Shown: positions 42,529 to 58,200, counted from the first letter of the stretch. The stretch: DNA of 64,000 bases from the human T2T-CHM13v2.0 reference genome, Homo sapiens (GCF_009914755.1 NC_060929.1); one strand, 5' to 3'. The notes: generated from the letters alone by a model not told the origin. A program made the numbers and translations.

Positions 42529-42832
42529 TTTTTATTTATTTATTTATTAGACAGGGCCTTGCTCTTGTCACCAAGGCTGGAGTGCAGTGGCAATCCTAGC
42601 TCACTCCATCCTTAAACTTCTCGGCTCAAGCAATCCTCCTGTCTCAGCCTCCCAAGTAGCTGGGACTACAGGTGTGCACCACCATGCCTGGCTAATTTTT
42701 TTGGTTTTTTTTTGGTCTTTTGCACAGACAGGTTCTCACTATGTTGCCCAGGATGATCCTGGCCTCAAGCAATCCTCCCATCTTGGGCTCCCAAAGTGCT
42801 GGGATTACAGGCATAAGCCATTGCATCTGGCC
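42529..42832 (-). mobile_element. AluJ-like
   Basis: Reverse Alu with (TTTA)n tail. Confidence 0.88.
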
Positions 42833-44789
42833 TCTGCTGCTACTGCTAATTCCCTCTGGATCTTTCCAGATGACTCCAGTCCGTCTGAAGCCCCTTCATT
42901 CCTGCCCTGGGCTGTCACCCAGCAATTCCTGGGGGTGGGGGCACTGAGGCCCATGAGCGTCCTTACTCTAAATGGCCCCAGAGTGCTGGGTGAAGTGGGG
43001 TCAGCCAAGAGCCCTGGGCAGTGGAGCAGGGCTTCTATCCTGGCTCTGCCTGTGGTTTGTGGCAGCCTCAGGCTGGGCATCTCTCCCCTTGGGGCCTCCA
43101 CATTCTCGTGGTAAGGTAGCAGATGATCTAAAATAAGATTGTGATCTCCACTGCCTCTTTGATGGCACAGACTCCGTTATTCTATTTTTGCGTCTTCTGT
43201 TAGTAGCATCGTTGTCCTCAACAGTAGCGAGCATTTATTGAACACCTGTTTTATGCCAGAGACTAAACTTGGTGGTTTGTATCATGGTAGCTATCAGTTA
43301 CTGCATGCTCGGATCCACCAGCCATAAGCGCGTGGCAGGAGCGTCTCATTCAATCATCACAGATCCCTTCTGGGGAGGAATTATGATCATCCCAACCATA
43401 AGGATGAGCAAAGCAGGTTCCACATGATGAGATGCCCTCATTCTGCCAATTTGGACGTAATCACCAAACCATGCCCAAATCCCACTGCTCTGTGAAGGAG
43501 GAATTTTCATCTCCCATTCATTGATTAAAGAAAAACCAAAACCCGCTGCCCAGAGAGGGGAAGTGACTCAGCCCTCATCCCACTGTTTGAGATGGTGGCC
43601 TCTGAGGACATTCTGCCTCTACTCTCTATCTTCTTTGATGCCAATGGTCTCAGCTGAGGCTTCAAAGAAATGTGACCTGGGCTTTGTGACTCCCAGTTCC
43701 TCCTCAGAATTCCTGTTCAGTTACTCTGGGCCTACAGTGGACTCCAGGTAACTAAGGGTCTAGCCTTTGGCCAGAGGTCTGACCTCCAGATAAACTTGAG
43801 CTCTAGGGAAGAAAGGCACAGACCATGGAAGGTCACACCGTCTCCACTGCTCCTTCCTCCCTGAAGCTCAAGCAGGGGCTTCTTCCCACCTGGGCCACCT
43901 GCTCCGTGATGCACCCACGTTATCTTCTTTGTGGCCTGTGACAATTTCCTGGCTCGGGATGAGGAGCTTCATTTTGCAGATGAGGAAATTGAGGTCGAAT
44001 GGTTTATCCAAGCAGGGAATCATTCGGTGGTGCCCCAGGCAAATAATATTATCAAGGACGCTTTTTAAAATTCCAGCAGACTGGAGAGGGTGGGTTGTTT
44101 TTCCACTTTTGGGTAAGGATTTTGGACTTCAGCCTGCAGGCCCTGCCTCCAGCCAGGCAGAGGAAAAGGTCGCATGAGAGACGCAGCTCTGGTTCAAAGG
44201 TCCCTCACGGAGAAGCCTTTTCCTTCCAGCAGCCGCCACGGAAGGCCGACTTACTTGCTCTTTTCAGGCCTCTATTATACTTGCCTTTTACCCCTAAGAG
44301 CAAAGAAAAGAGGAAGCTGCTGTTTGCTTTCTGGAGGCCCAGGCAAAGTGAAAATAGGAGCACCCATGAGAAAGATGGTGACTCATTCCCTGACGGAGGG
44401 ACCAGGCCAGCTAGAGCAGAGGGGCCTTGGGAAGACCTGGGCTTTTGTTCCTTTTGGGACCAAAATGAATCACTGATCTCATTAAGTCACACCGGCCAGT
44501 CCCGAACTTTCCCGGGTAGAACCACTGCAAGCATCAAATCTTAGGTGAGGCCCCATCAATGGTCATGAACAGGAGCAAAAAGGTTGAGCTTCTCCTCATT
44601 CAAAAGGCCAGAAAAGACCTTGTTCTCCTTGGAGCAAAGTGGTAACTGGACCCAGAAGAGGAAGGTCAGGCACGATGCCTCGAACAAGGCCGGTCAGCAA
44701 GGTGGTAGCCCCCTACCTAGGCACACTAGTGCTTTGGGACGCCATACAACACACCCACTCATTTGCCCATGGATTCAGACAGGGAGTCA

Positions 44790-45367
<578 letters not shown>

Positions 45368-45529
45368 TCATCAGCAGGCACTGAAGGCACATTTCACACA
45401 TCATCATCTGTGTTTGTCTAGGAGAGCCTAGAAAGTCAGAGATTTTTCTCGACAAAGCAGCCTGGGTTATTTCAGAGGAGGAACCTGCTGCATGGAGAAG
45501 CAGAAACTTGGGCCCATCCTCCAAGGCTT

Positions 45530-45770
45530 CAGCATTCCAGAGGCCAGATGTGTGAGCCTGACGTCACCCACCAAGTCGTGGCCCCATTCCAGGCTGCGCT
45601 CCGATGGATTGCGACCCCTGTTCCTCCATGCTGTCTCCTCCTCCCTTTCCTTGGCGTGAAGGAGACTGAGTGGTGCTGGCAGCCACTCCCCAGCATCTGG
45701 CGGAACATTCTGCCCCATAGTTGAGCTCTTTTCACTCCCTAGCTTCCCCTAGGGATGGCTGGTGACTCAT
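45530..45770. promoter_or_regulatory. Candidate distal DUSP1 enhancer (about -24 kb)
   Basis: Non-repeat DNA with GCATTCCA 45532-45539, TGACGTCA 45559-45566, GGAACAttcTGCCCC 45702-45716, TGACTCA 45763-45769. Confidence 0.55.
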
Positions 45771-47115
45771 ATTTCCATTTTCAATGTGGGGCCAGGAGCC
45801 TGATCTTTCCATGACCACCAGGACTGGCTATATAGCGTCGGAATCAAGGACATGAGCTATGACATCAGATAGGCCTGAGTTCAAATCCTTCTCGACTGCT
45901 TGTTGGCTGTGTGATTTCGGTCAACTAACTCACCCTCTCTGAGCCTCTCTTTCCCCATTTGGAAATGCAGGCCACAATGATCCACTCTGATGTCTTCCTT
46001 CTTGCAAAAGTCCCTTCCCTTTTGCCTGAAGCTCTGAAAAATGAACCGTTCCCTCTATCAGCTTTCTCTTTTAAATATTTACCTTTCACAAGCCGAGGAA
46101 AGAGGAAGCTGATATTAGATTTTTTGAAATAGAATAGTAATATTTATATGCCATTTACTGTGTGTAAAGGATCTATTATCAGGTGTTATTATTCACCCCA
46201 TTTTATAGGTGAGGAAACTGAGGCCCAGAGAAGTAAAGTAACTTGCCCGAACCAGTAAGTGGCATGGCTGAAATTCACACCTAGGCTGTCTGTCTTCAGA
46301 GCGCATGCTCTTAATCCCGATATAGAGAAATGCAAACGAGATGAAATGGGGAAGGCCTTGGCACAGTGCTGGGCCCACAGTGAACTCCAAGTAAGTGTTT
46401 GCTGCTAGTACTATTACTACTATTACTTCATCAGCATGTCAGAGTCTCATCCTTGCACGCGAGAAGAAGCAGGGCAGGGATCCCTGCCCTTCTGGCCAAA
46501 TCCAGCAGTCAAGATGCTCTTGAGTTAAAAAGGGCCAATCGCTCACCCCAAATGTGGGGGTCCCTTGCATGCCAATGGAATGTTCTTGTCACGTGGCCTG
46601 CCAAGGGGGGATGCTCTCCCTTGTCCTTAGGGTGGAAACAGGAGAGGCCCCATAGATGTCAGCAGATTGTCAGGTGACCGTCCAGCCCAGGCAGCTTGGC
46701 TCCAAGAGGCCAGGTTTAACCACTGGGCTCTCTGCTTCCCCGAGAGACCACTCCTATCAAAAGGTGAAGCTTGCGATTTGGGCCCTAAAACCAAAAAGCC
46801 AATGAGATGCTGGTAACAGAAGCCCTACCAGAGACAAAGTATCCCTTCGTGGTTACATGTGAAAGGCTGGGCACAGGAGTATCAGGAAAACACAAACACA
46901 AAGAAAGCAGGGCTAGCAATATGGATGGCAGACAAGACAGAATTTGAGGAGAAAAGCATGAAATTGAAGGATAAGGGGACCTCTTTGTCTCCATGTGCCA
47001 CCTCCAACTGGCCTCTCATTTTTATTATCCTTCCTAGACCTCTTCCACCTCATCCAGTTCTTCTGTGGCCCCTTGGTGGCCAAGGCCCGCCCTCTTCATG
47101 CCCCACGAGAGATGA

Positions 47116-47480
<365 letters not shown>

Positions 47481-50400
47481 CGAGGTTGAGATCTTTACTG
47501 CTTGGTCTTCTTTGACCAGACATGGCTATTATCCCCTCTCTCCCCCAGTTTCCAAGGTTCCAACTCTGCCTGTTTTCAGGGCACTAGGGAGCTTGCCTCC
47601 CAGAAGGAGTGAGAGCGAGGGTGGACACCCAAAGGCCCTCTGCCTGGCTGGTTGCTCACACAGCTGTCTTTGAGTGAAGCGTCTGGCCCACAGTAGACAT
47701 CCATAAATGTGTGTTGCCTAAACTCAACTGAACCCTTAGTCTATAAATTCTGTTACTTTAACTTGAAAAAAGTGATGAGGAGGTCTTATCTGACAGTATT
47801 CATCCTGAGCTATAGAGATCATTCTAGAAAATTTCCTACCGAATGTTTTCAGCTAGAAAATAAGCTCACTGGAAGCCCCCAAGCCCATGCCTGTCCCTTA
47901 CTTCCTTCATTCAGTGAGCATTGATCAAGATTGCTACCCAGCACTTGATGTTGTAAGAAATGCAAAACTGTGTAAGGCTTCAAGCTGCTAACACTATAGA
48001 AAGGACAGGAAGTCCTCCAGCCATGGGTCGATGTCTATGGAACATCAGCTATTTGCTCCCAGATATTGATTACTTACAGTGCAACAGGAAACAGAACACT
48101 TCGTGGAGCTCATAGTCTCCAGCGGGGGTTGACAGACATCAAAACCAAAATCACAGCCCCAAGCGCAATCATCCCAAGCCCCCATCACAGTACCAGGCAC
48201 CCCATGCAAACAGCTGCCTTTCAAGACACTCGCTTCAGAGTTGGGCTCAGCTGGCTAGCACCTCAGCTGCATCACTTACTTTGTGTGACCTTGAGCAAAA
48301 GGTATAAACTCCCTGAGGCTTAGTTTCATTTTCTGTAAAATGTAAATAATAATCACTTTCTTCCTGGGGTCATGATAAAAATGAAAAGCAATGACCCAAG
48401 TAGCTGGCATATCATTATTATTATTATTATTATCATTATGATAATGACCATGGCAATATAATAAATACCAGATGAATGGCACAGAAATGGGAGAGGGAGG
48501 GAATACTTCTTCCTGGAGAGAGGATGGTATGAGGATAATTTTCGGGAGAAGGTGGGTGTTGGTGCTGAGCCCTAAAGGAGGGGTTGGATTTCTATACAAG
48601 GAAGTGGCGAAGAGTGAATCAGTTCAAAAGTAGAAAAATGAATGATTCAGAAGGTCATTAAAATAAAACAAATAAAGAATCTAAACCAAATGACTGGGTT
48701 CCTTAAAAATAGGACATTGCATTGCCAAGCTAAGAAGCATTAGTCAGGCGGAGGAGGTGGCTACTGGGAAATTTCACCCAGTTCAGCATTATTGAGAAGT
48801 TGTGGGTTCCTGAAGCCTTCAGTGGGCGTTGTGCAATCCTGAGGGGTTAAGGTAACCCAAACCCTGGTCCAGGGAGTGAAAGGGAACTGTTTAGGTTGGG
48901 GTCAATATTAGAAAAAAGCTCCTTGAAAAGCACAGTGGTCTCCACGGAAAGTGGTTAAGTGTGTTGGAGGAGTCTGGGGCGGTTCTACGGGCCAGGGGGC
49001 ATCTGTCCGGGGAGCCATGACAGAGAACATCTGGAAGGCAGGGACTGTGCAGCCCGGGGTCTGGGTCTGACCCATTCATTCTCCCTGCAGTGTCTTGCAG
49101 TCTCTCCTTGCTTCTCTGCGCACTCTTCTGCGACAGGCACACTCCACCTTCCCTGTCCAACGGGTGGGGCTTGGTAGACGGGGCTCAAACCCCAGCTCTG
49201 CCACTCACTTGCTGTGTGATATTGGGCAAGTCACCTCACCTCTCTGTGCCTTCATTTTCCATCCATAAGAAGGGTGATCATAATAGGATTATGGTGAGAA
49301 ATAAATGAAACACGCCTGACACACATAGGTCAGAAAATGTTAGTTCCAGCACCTTCTGTTCTCCTCCTTGTCCTGGCCTCATCCTCTCCTTCTCTACCTA
49401 TTCTGATGATTTCTTGCTGGAGGTGACCATGGATTCTATTAGGCAAATAATTGAACACCTCCTGTGTGGTGTCCTGCCAGACAATGACAAATGTCATTGA
49501 TTCATTTGTGTCATTCCACTTACATTAACAAATAACTATAACAGGATGAGCATTGTTCTTAGAATGAAAACAAAAATATGATACACAGACAAAGGGACGA
49601 GGGGCATACAGAGATGGAAAGGAAGTGGCCAGGGACTGGGAAGGGAGGAGCCAACATCTGCAGTGCCCCTGTTGTGTGCTGGGCATGGAGAAGGACCCCC
49701 AGGATCAAGAGAAGAATGGAGCCCAGCCTGGGCTTTGGAGGTGCCACGGCGCAGTGCGAGACAGACGCGCAAGCCTAAATGTTGGGGGTCCCAGGAAAGA
49801 CTGTGGTTTTACTGTCTTGGGTGAGCTGGGGAAGGCTTTTGAGAGGAGGTGATAGAGGAGCTGGGTGCTGAAGGTTGAGTACTTACCAGGAAAGGCATTT
49901 GAAACAAGAACAACCCATGTGAAGGCCGAGCGGCATCAAAGAACAGAGTATTTGGGAAATAGTTGGGTGTTTCTTTAGAGTAAGTGAAATTCAACCTTTT
50001 CATTTAGCATAGGAACAGACACAGAGTAAGTGCTCAGTTAAGTGATTGAGCGTGGGTCCAGCACATTGGTACTGTTAGATCGTCCATCAATTTGCCCCCA
50101 GCTCTAAGCCTATATTCCTCGGGACAGCCCCATCATCTTCCAGGATGAGGGCAGCCTCAGGGTCAGAGGGAGGAGAGAAGTGAGCTACAAACAAAGAGAG
50201 GCAGTGGAGTGGGACAGGCCAGGGCTCGCTTCTCAGGGGCCTGTGCAACGTCTTTCCTGCCTGGGGCCGAATGTTCTGTTCCCTTCCCCGGACAGAACCC
50301 GAAGGTTGAGCCAGCCCGCTGACCCGGGCTGAGCTAACGGGAAAGTGGGCCGCACTGGGCCCCAAGTCATCAGCTCACCCTGATGAGCCAGGCCCTGGAG

Positions 50401-50970
50401 ATTCCACCAGCCCCAGGCAGCATTTAGAGAAGTACTAGGCCGAGTCATCAGCTCTGTGCAGTCACTGCCTGCTAGGGCTGCGCAGGGTGAGTGGGGAAAT
50501 AAACAGATTGCGGCACTGAGCCGTGGGAACCAAGCGCCGGGGCACTGGAGCTCTCTCCCTGGGTTTGTTACCAGAAGATGGTTATGTAATCAGCTCACTC
50601 ATGCCTTCAACAAGCATGTATTGAGTGCCGACTGGGTGCCAGGCACTGTTTCTAGGCTCTGGAAATATAGCTGGGACAGATATAGAGACCCTGCCTCAGG
50701 AAGGTGACATTCTGGTGGCCAAACGCATGCGAACACTGTCCTCCCGCATTCAGTGAGTGTTTACCGGAAGCCAAGCTCTGTCCCAAGCACTGTGCTGATG
50801 ATATCTCATTTCATCCTCTCTGTCACTGTAGGAGGCAATCTTTATTGTTATCCCATTTTACAGAACACACTCTCCTGCCTTAAGAACCCACCAGCAAGAA
50901 CCCCCTTCCCCACATCTTCCCATGGTCCTTCTCATCCTTCAGGTCAAATTGCTTCTCAAAAGGCAGTGAG

Positions 50971-51275
50971 GGCCAGGCACGGTGGCTCACACCTGTAATC
51001 CCAGCACTTTGGGAGGTCGAGGTGAGTGGATCACTTGAGATCAGGAGCTCGAAACCAGCCTGGCCAACATGGTGAAACCCCCTCTCTACTAAAAATAAAA
51101 TGTAAAAAAATTAGCCAGGCATGGTGGCGCACACCTGTAATCCCAGCTACTCGGGAGGCTGAGATGGAGAATCACCTGAACCTGAGAGGTGGAGGTTGCA
51201 GTGAGCCGAGATAGTGCCACTGCACTCCAGCCTGGATGACAGAATGAGACTCCACTCAAAAAAAAAAAAAAAAAA
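50971..51275 (+). mobile_element. Alu
   Basis: Alu consensus; TSD approx. AAAA(G/T)GCAGTGAG. Confidence 0.92.
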
Positions 51276-52781
51276 TGCAGTGAGGTAAGGTGGGGCACAA
51301 ATGGTGACAACTTGCCTTACTCTCAGCTCTTGGTGATCTAATGGGTCAGGAACGAGGGGCCTAGCATCCTCTGATAACAGTCAGGCCCTGCCCACCCAAA
51401 GCACTCTCCTGAACTCACTGGAACTTAGAACTTTCAAATGCTGTCAGAGCCTTGTAATCATGCCTTTTCCAGCATTCCTTAATCATCATTACTCTGGGCT
51501 CAGGCATTTAATTGCTCATCAGTTTCTTCATACTTTCATGAATGGAGAATTTCTTCATTCTTTCAGGGCAAGTACAGCCTTTGGTCAAATTGTGCCGTAG
51601 GTGAGTCCTCCCCACCGCACCAATTCTACCCCTGCCCCATAACTGGTATTCTGCCATATGCCTTCACTTACTCACATGAGCCCTGCTGTGTGCCAGGAAA
51701 TTGGGTCAGGAGCCCCAAGGGAGGCAGAGGAAGAAGCAGCCACCATGATCAGGGGCCAGAGAGAAGGTGGCACCAGGGAATTGGTGAGCCCAGGGATCGT
51801 GTCACCCCACAGGGCTAAGAAAAACATTGCCTGCCATCAGCTGCATCTGGAAGGCTAATAGAAGTCATCCAGGTTCAGGGCTGTCTGGGAAGAGAGGAGT
51901 GAAAGGACATGTGGCCTTTGGGGAACCTGGACATAGCCAGGGGTGCACCACAACATCTGGGGAGTAAAGGGGCCCAGGCAGCCAAAGGGCCAGCAAAGAG
52001 ATGAGGGTGGCCAAAAGGGCAAACTCATGGGAGGTCTTCAGATTGGGATTAAGAATTTAACTTATTCATTCAAGAATGAATTCAAGTTGTTGAGCCATAT
52101 TTCTGATCTAGGAACTGTCCTAGACCTTAGAGACTTGACTACGAAGAAGAAGGCAAGGCTCCTGCCCTCAGTGGAGTCTACCTGGTAGTGGGAGAGTTGG
52201 AGCCAGACTGCACCTGCTCACAAGAACAGGTTGTTTTAGATTTTCAGGAATTTGGACAGCCATGTGACATCACTTTGGTAGTTTGAAATTGGCCACAGTG
52301 GGTATGTTTACACCACAGAAATTGGCAGACGCTGTAAGGCAGCCTCCCCACTACCCACAACCATCCTGCACCCAAAAGCCGATGTTAAATATTTGCCAGG
52401 ATACCACTAGGGGATATAGACAATAAACAAGTAGGCAGATAGGCAAATGTGGTAACAATAGATTGTACATAAGGGAAAAAATCAGCAGGGCCTTATGGTA
52501 CAGAGGGACTGATGGGATGGGGGTGACCAGGGATGGCTTCCAGGAAGTGAAGTCACCTGAGGCTAATATTTAGATCCTGAGGAGGAAGGAATCAGACTTT
52601 TATTTTGTTTGTTTGTTTGTTTTGTGTTTTTTTGTAGACACAGGGCCCTACTTTGTTGCCCAGTCTAGTCTCAAACTCCCGGGCTCAAGCGATCCTCCCA
52701 CTCCAGCCTCCCAAAGTGTTGGGATTACAGGTGTGAGCCACCATGCCCAGCTAGAACCAGGCTTTTGAAGAACTGGGACAG

Positions 52782-53172
52782 TGTTATAGACTGAATTGCT
52801 ACCCCCTCAAAATTCATATGTGGAAGCCCTAACCCCCAATACTTCAGTATGTGAATGTATTTGGAGATAAGGCCTTTAAAGAGGCAGTTAAGTTAGAATG
52901 AGTCATCACAGTGGGCCCTAATCCAATGACTGGTGTCCTTATAAGAAGAGGAGATTAGGACAGACACCAAGGATGCGTGAGCACAAAGAAAAGACCCTCA
53001 GAGGACACAGTGAGAAAATGGTTATCTGCAAGCCAAGGAGAGACCAAACCTGCCGGCACCTTAATCTTGGACTCTCAGCCTCCAGAACTGTGAGGAATAA
53101 ACTTTTGTTGTTTCACTATCACACACTATCCAGTGTATGGGATTTTGTTATGGCAACCTTAGAAAGCTAATA
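52782..53172. mobile_element. MLT1-type MaLR LTR
   Basis: TGTTATAGACTGAATTG...AAAATTCATATG...GCCTCCAGAACTGTGAG...TTTTGTTATGGCAACC. Confidence 0.8.
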
Positions 53173-53539
53173 GAGACAGTATTCCAGGTAGATGGTACAG
53201 CAAGTGTCAGCAGCCTGGGGACATGGAGGGAGGCCAGTGCACCTGGAGCACTGTTGGGAAGAGGGGCCTTGATAAGGTACCTTTTCAAAAATTTTTTTTT
53301 GTGGAGACAGGATCTTTCTAGGTTGCCCAGGCTTGATTCAAACTCCTGAGCTCAAGGGATCCTCCCACCTTGGCCTCCCAAGTAGCCGGGACTACAGCCA
53401 CACACCACTGTGCCTGGCTAAAGTATCTGGTTTTCATTTAAGTGAGTTGGTGACCATTTGGAGAGGTTTTATTTTTTAAATTCATTTGTGACTTATTAAG
53501 ATGACTTTTTTCGTGATCTTTCTAATATTTTCATTAAAA

Positions 53540-53975
53540 ACTTTTAATTGGTATTAATATATAATTGTACATATTTATGGGGTACACGTGATATTTCAAT
53601 ACATGCAGACAACCTGTAATGATTAAATCAGGGTAATTGACATATCCATCATCTCAAACAGTTATTATTTCTTTGTACTGGGAATTTTCAAAATCCTCTC
53701 TTCTAGCTGCTTCAAAATAAATAATAAATTATTGTTAATTATAGTCACCCTGCTGTGCCATAGAACATCAGAACTTATTTCTTCTATTTAACCGTTTGTA
53801 CCCATTAATCAGCCATTCCCTACCCCTCCTTGCCCACTTCTCTTCCCAGCCTCTGGTAACCACTATTCTACTCTCCACCTCTATGGAATCAACTTTATTA
53901 GCTCCCACTTATGAGTAAGAACACGGAATTTATCCTTCTGTGCCTGGCTTATTTCACTTAGCATGATGTCCTTCA
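53540..53975 (-). mobile_element. L1MA-type 3' end
   Basis: AATTGTACATATTTATGGGGTACA...CCCAGCCTCTGGTAACCAC...CTGGCTTATTTCACTTAGCAT. Confidence 0.82.
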
Positions 53976-54377
53976 TTTGGAGAGTTTTAAGCAGGGAGTA
54001 ACAGTATAGAGCTCAACAATAATCATTTCTTCTTCTACCAAGAAGATCCAACCAAGATTCTACCAAGAAGATCGTGGGGGATCCAACGAGATGGTGAGCA
54101 TTCCAACTGTTAACTGCTCTAAATATGATGAAATGTGAGACAAATTGGGAGAATGGTAATAAGGGGGAATAATCCAACTTAGAACAAGGAGAGTCAGAGG
54201 TAGACGGTTTAATGATGGGAAGTTCTTCTCCCTCTGTAACAAGCCAAGAGGCAACACGCCTGCAGAAATCAGCTTCTAGATTCAATTCACCTCAACAAGT
54301 ATCTAGTGAGCCATGCCTGATGTGCCAGGCTTGTTCTAGATTCTGGGGATAACTGAGATTTAAAAACAGCAGACAGT

Positions 54378-54680
54378 CCAGGTGCAGTGGCTCACACCTG
54401 TAATCCCAGCACTTTGGGGGGCTGAGGCAGGAAGATTGCTTGAGCCCAGGAGTTCAAAACCAGCCTGGGCAATGTAACGAGACCCTGTCTCTACACGAAA
54501 TACAAAAATTAGCCAGGTGTGGTGGCACACACCTGTAGTCCCAGCTACTCAGGAGACTGAGGTAGGAGGATCGCTTGAGCCTTGGAGGTTCAAGGATGCA
54601 GAGAGCTATGATTACACCACCGCACTCCAGCCTGGTTGACAGAGTGAAAGCCTGACTCAAAAAAAAAAAAAAAAAAAAAG
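54378..54680 (+). mobile_element. AluJ-like inside L2 remnant
   Basis: Alu consensus; TSD approx. AAAA(C)CAGCAGACA. Confidence 0.88.
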
Positions 54681-55332
54681 CCAAAAACGAAGAACAAAAC
54701 CAGCAGACAAAAATCTCTGTCTTGTGGAGCTGGCATTCTGGGGTACGTGTAGGGGAGTTGGGAGACAGCAAACATGTAAGTAAGATATAGGCTATGTCAG
54801 GTAACTGTGGTGAGAAAATAAAGCAGGGGAGCATGGGGAAGGGTGCTTGGGTGGAGAGGGGTTGCCCTTTTCAACATGACAGCCAGGGAAGACGTCAGTG
54901 AGAACATGACACTGGAGTGAAGACCCCAAGAAGATGATGTGGATGCTGCAGGGCAGGCCTGTGGGCCCCAGTGAGATGGGGACCCCTGGAGGGTTGTGAG
55001 CAGGAGAGAGACACAATCACTCTGTGTGTTGTACCAAGAATAAACTCTCACAGGGAGACAAGGAGACCGGGTGGGAGGTTACTTCAAGAATCCAACAAAT
55101 GCCCTTTTAAAAAATTGAATGGATGACCGCAGGCCTGTCCAGCCCAGAAGCCACATGTGGACATAGTATCTCTTCAACCTTCAAGAATATGTCTCCTAAC
55201 ACATGCAGCCAACTTTGGAAGGGATGTCACAGATCATCATGGGCTGATGTAGCTGTCCAAGAGATGGCATTGAATTTAAAAATTAGGTTGCAGAACAGCA
55301 TAATCCATTTTGTGCATGAAAAGTGAGTAGGT

Positions 55333-55356
55333 GATAGATAATAATAGAAGATAGAT

Positions 55357-55401
<45 letters not shown>

Positions 55402-55692
55402 GGATAGACAGATAATAGGTAGATGGTAGGGAGGAAGGGAGAGAGAGAGGGAGTGAGAGAGGACGAAGGAAGGGAGGGAGGGAGGCAGGAAGGAAGGGAG
55501 GGAGGGAGGGAGGAAAGGGAAGGGAACAGAAGAAAGGAAGGAAGGGAAGGAAGGAAGGAAAGAAGATACGGAGGGAGGGAGGGAGGAAAGAGAAAGGAAC
55601 AGAAGAAAGAAAAGAAGGGAAGAAAGGGAAGGAAGGAAAGAGGGAAGGAAGGAAAGAAGGAAGGAAGGAAAGAAGGAAGGAAGGAAGGAAGA
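55333..55692. repeat. (GATA)n STR followed by GGAA/GA polypurine tract
   Basis: About 11 uninterrupted GATA units 55357-55400; purine tract 55427-55692. Confidence 0.95.
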
Positions 55693-56610
55693 CAGGCAGA
55701 CTCAATACCCACTTGGTACTGGCTCCTTCAGCTGCTCTCCTGCTGAACTGAGGTCAATCCCACCAGAGCCCATCTCCTTCCAAACCACAAATTCAACCCT
55801 ATAGTATTGCCAAACATGTGGATTTTAAAAAGTATTTTCTTTATTATGAAATATACATATAAGGAGTATATATGTTCAGGTCCACCATATTGCCAGAACC
55901 CAGTGTCTCAATCACATAGATTTTACTGCTGTTTTCCTTTAGAGATGGAGGAGGGTGTTGCACCACACAAGGCCCATCAAGGCTTCTGAAAACTTCGCTT
56001 AAGTGCCCCTTCTCTTTTCCCCAAGCTCCTCTGTCCACGGCATCCCTGACGCCCCACCCTGCGCTGTCTGTCAAACGCCCCTCCCAGCTCCGCAGCACTC
56101 TGGCCGCCTTGCTTCTCCTTTCTCTTCCTAACATTTCCAAAGCTGAGAGACTGAGAACTGGGCAAAACAAACAGTGGGCTGAGGGCCAAACTGGGATGCT
56201 ATGGTCCTCCAGGACTTCCCTGGGGGCCTGCTCAGACTCACAAAAAACTCTCTACAGGTGTTACCTTGGGGAAGGCTCAGGGGCTTTAGCTTACCACTTG
56301 CCACCCTTTTGAACAATTTCTTCCTTGGAGGTATGTCGGTTTTAGAGAGACAGTAATCATACCCCCACCCAGACCTGTCACTCCCAGTTTGGGACACAGG
56401 GAAAGAGAGCAAAAGGAGGTCCTCGATCCCTGCCTACCCCTTCCCTTCCTGCCCCTGATCCAGCCTCTGGGAAGCTGTGTGGACAGCCCAGCCTGAACTT
56501 GTCTTGCCCGCACTCTCACCCCTAAAGCTGCCCTTTGGTCATCCCTCAGCCCTAGGTCTACTCTTGTTAGATCAGATGTGGAAAGAGGCCTAGGTAGGCC
56601 CTGGAAATAG

Positions 56611-57083
<473 letters not shown>

Positions 57084-57927
57084 TGTATTCTGTATTTTCT
57101 ATCAAGCAGAACCCTGATGATCTTTGTGTGGTCTCCAAATTGTGCGGCCACATTTGGAGGAAGCGAGATGACTACACAGTGAAGCACAGTGAAGGGGAGG
57201 CCTGAGGAGCCACGAAGACCGGTAGCACATTCTGGATTTTGTCAAGTCTTAGCCGGGTGCCCTGAGCAAGTCCCCTCGGCTGTCTTGAGCCTCAGTCTCC
57301 TTCTCTGTAAAACAGGAATAATAATAACCACGTGAATGGCACAGAGATTTTTAAGATGCAGTTATTACTATTTTTTAAACGTCAATTGATGCCAGGAATA
57401 TTCTGCCAGCCCTCCAAGGGTGGTTTCAGCAGGCTTACTTCCTGGTCATAATCACTTCCTCCATCCCCGGCTTGTGTCATGCTCAGCCCTGACCTCACCA
57501 CCGACCCGCCCTGCCCCTCCCATTAGCTGCGTCACCACTGCCTGCCCCCACGTTTAGCCCAGCCCCCAGCCCAGATCTCAGCCTTGGGTGAAAAGTGTCA
57601 GCCCGCACACTTTCTGTTTTACCTCCGGCCGCTCTTTTAACCTTTATCCTTTCCCTGCCCCCTTTCAGACCCTCTTACTCACCTCCACAGATGACGTGTA
57701 AAAGAGCTCAAATCAGTGTGTTACCTTTCCTGGGGTTATTTTCTTTTTAAACTGAGGTTTTGTCCCTTGGTGAGAAAGCTGGGGTACCGCTGAAAAGAAA
57801 GCCAGCCTGGGAGCAAGAGACTTGGATTTAAATCTTGCATCTGTACTTTCTAGTTGTGGGGTCTCTGATGAGTTACTTTAGCTCTCTGAACCTCAGGGTC
57901 CTCATCTATAAAATGGAAGAATGTCCA

Positions 57928-58200
57928 ATGCTTTGGGAGGCTGAGGTGGGGGGATCGCTTGAGCCCAGGAGTCCAGGACCAGCCCGGGCAACGTAGCAAG
58001 ATCCCATGTCTATGAAAAAAACCCACAAATTAGCTGGGTATGTTTGTTCCCACCCATAGTCACAGCTACTTGGGAGGCTGGGGTGGCTCGATTGCTTGAG
58101 CCCAGGCGTCCGATGTTACAGTGAGCTGTGTGATCACACCACTGCACTCCAGCCTGAATGACAGAGCAAGACCCTGTCTCTTTAAAAAAAAAAAAAAAAA
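57928..58200 (+). mobile_element. AluJ-like
   Basis: Alu consensus, slightly 5'-truncated. Confidence 0.88.
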
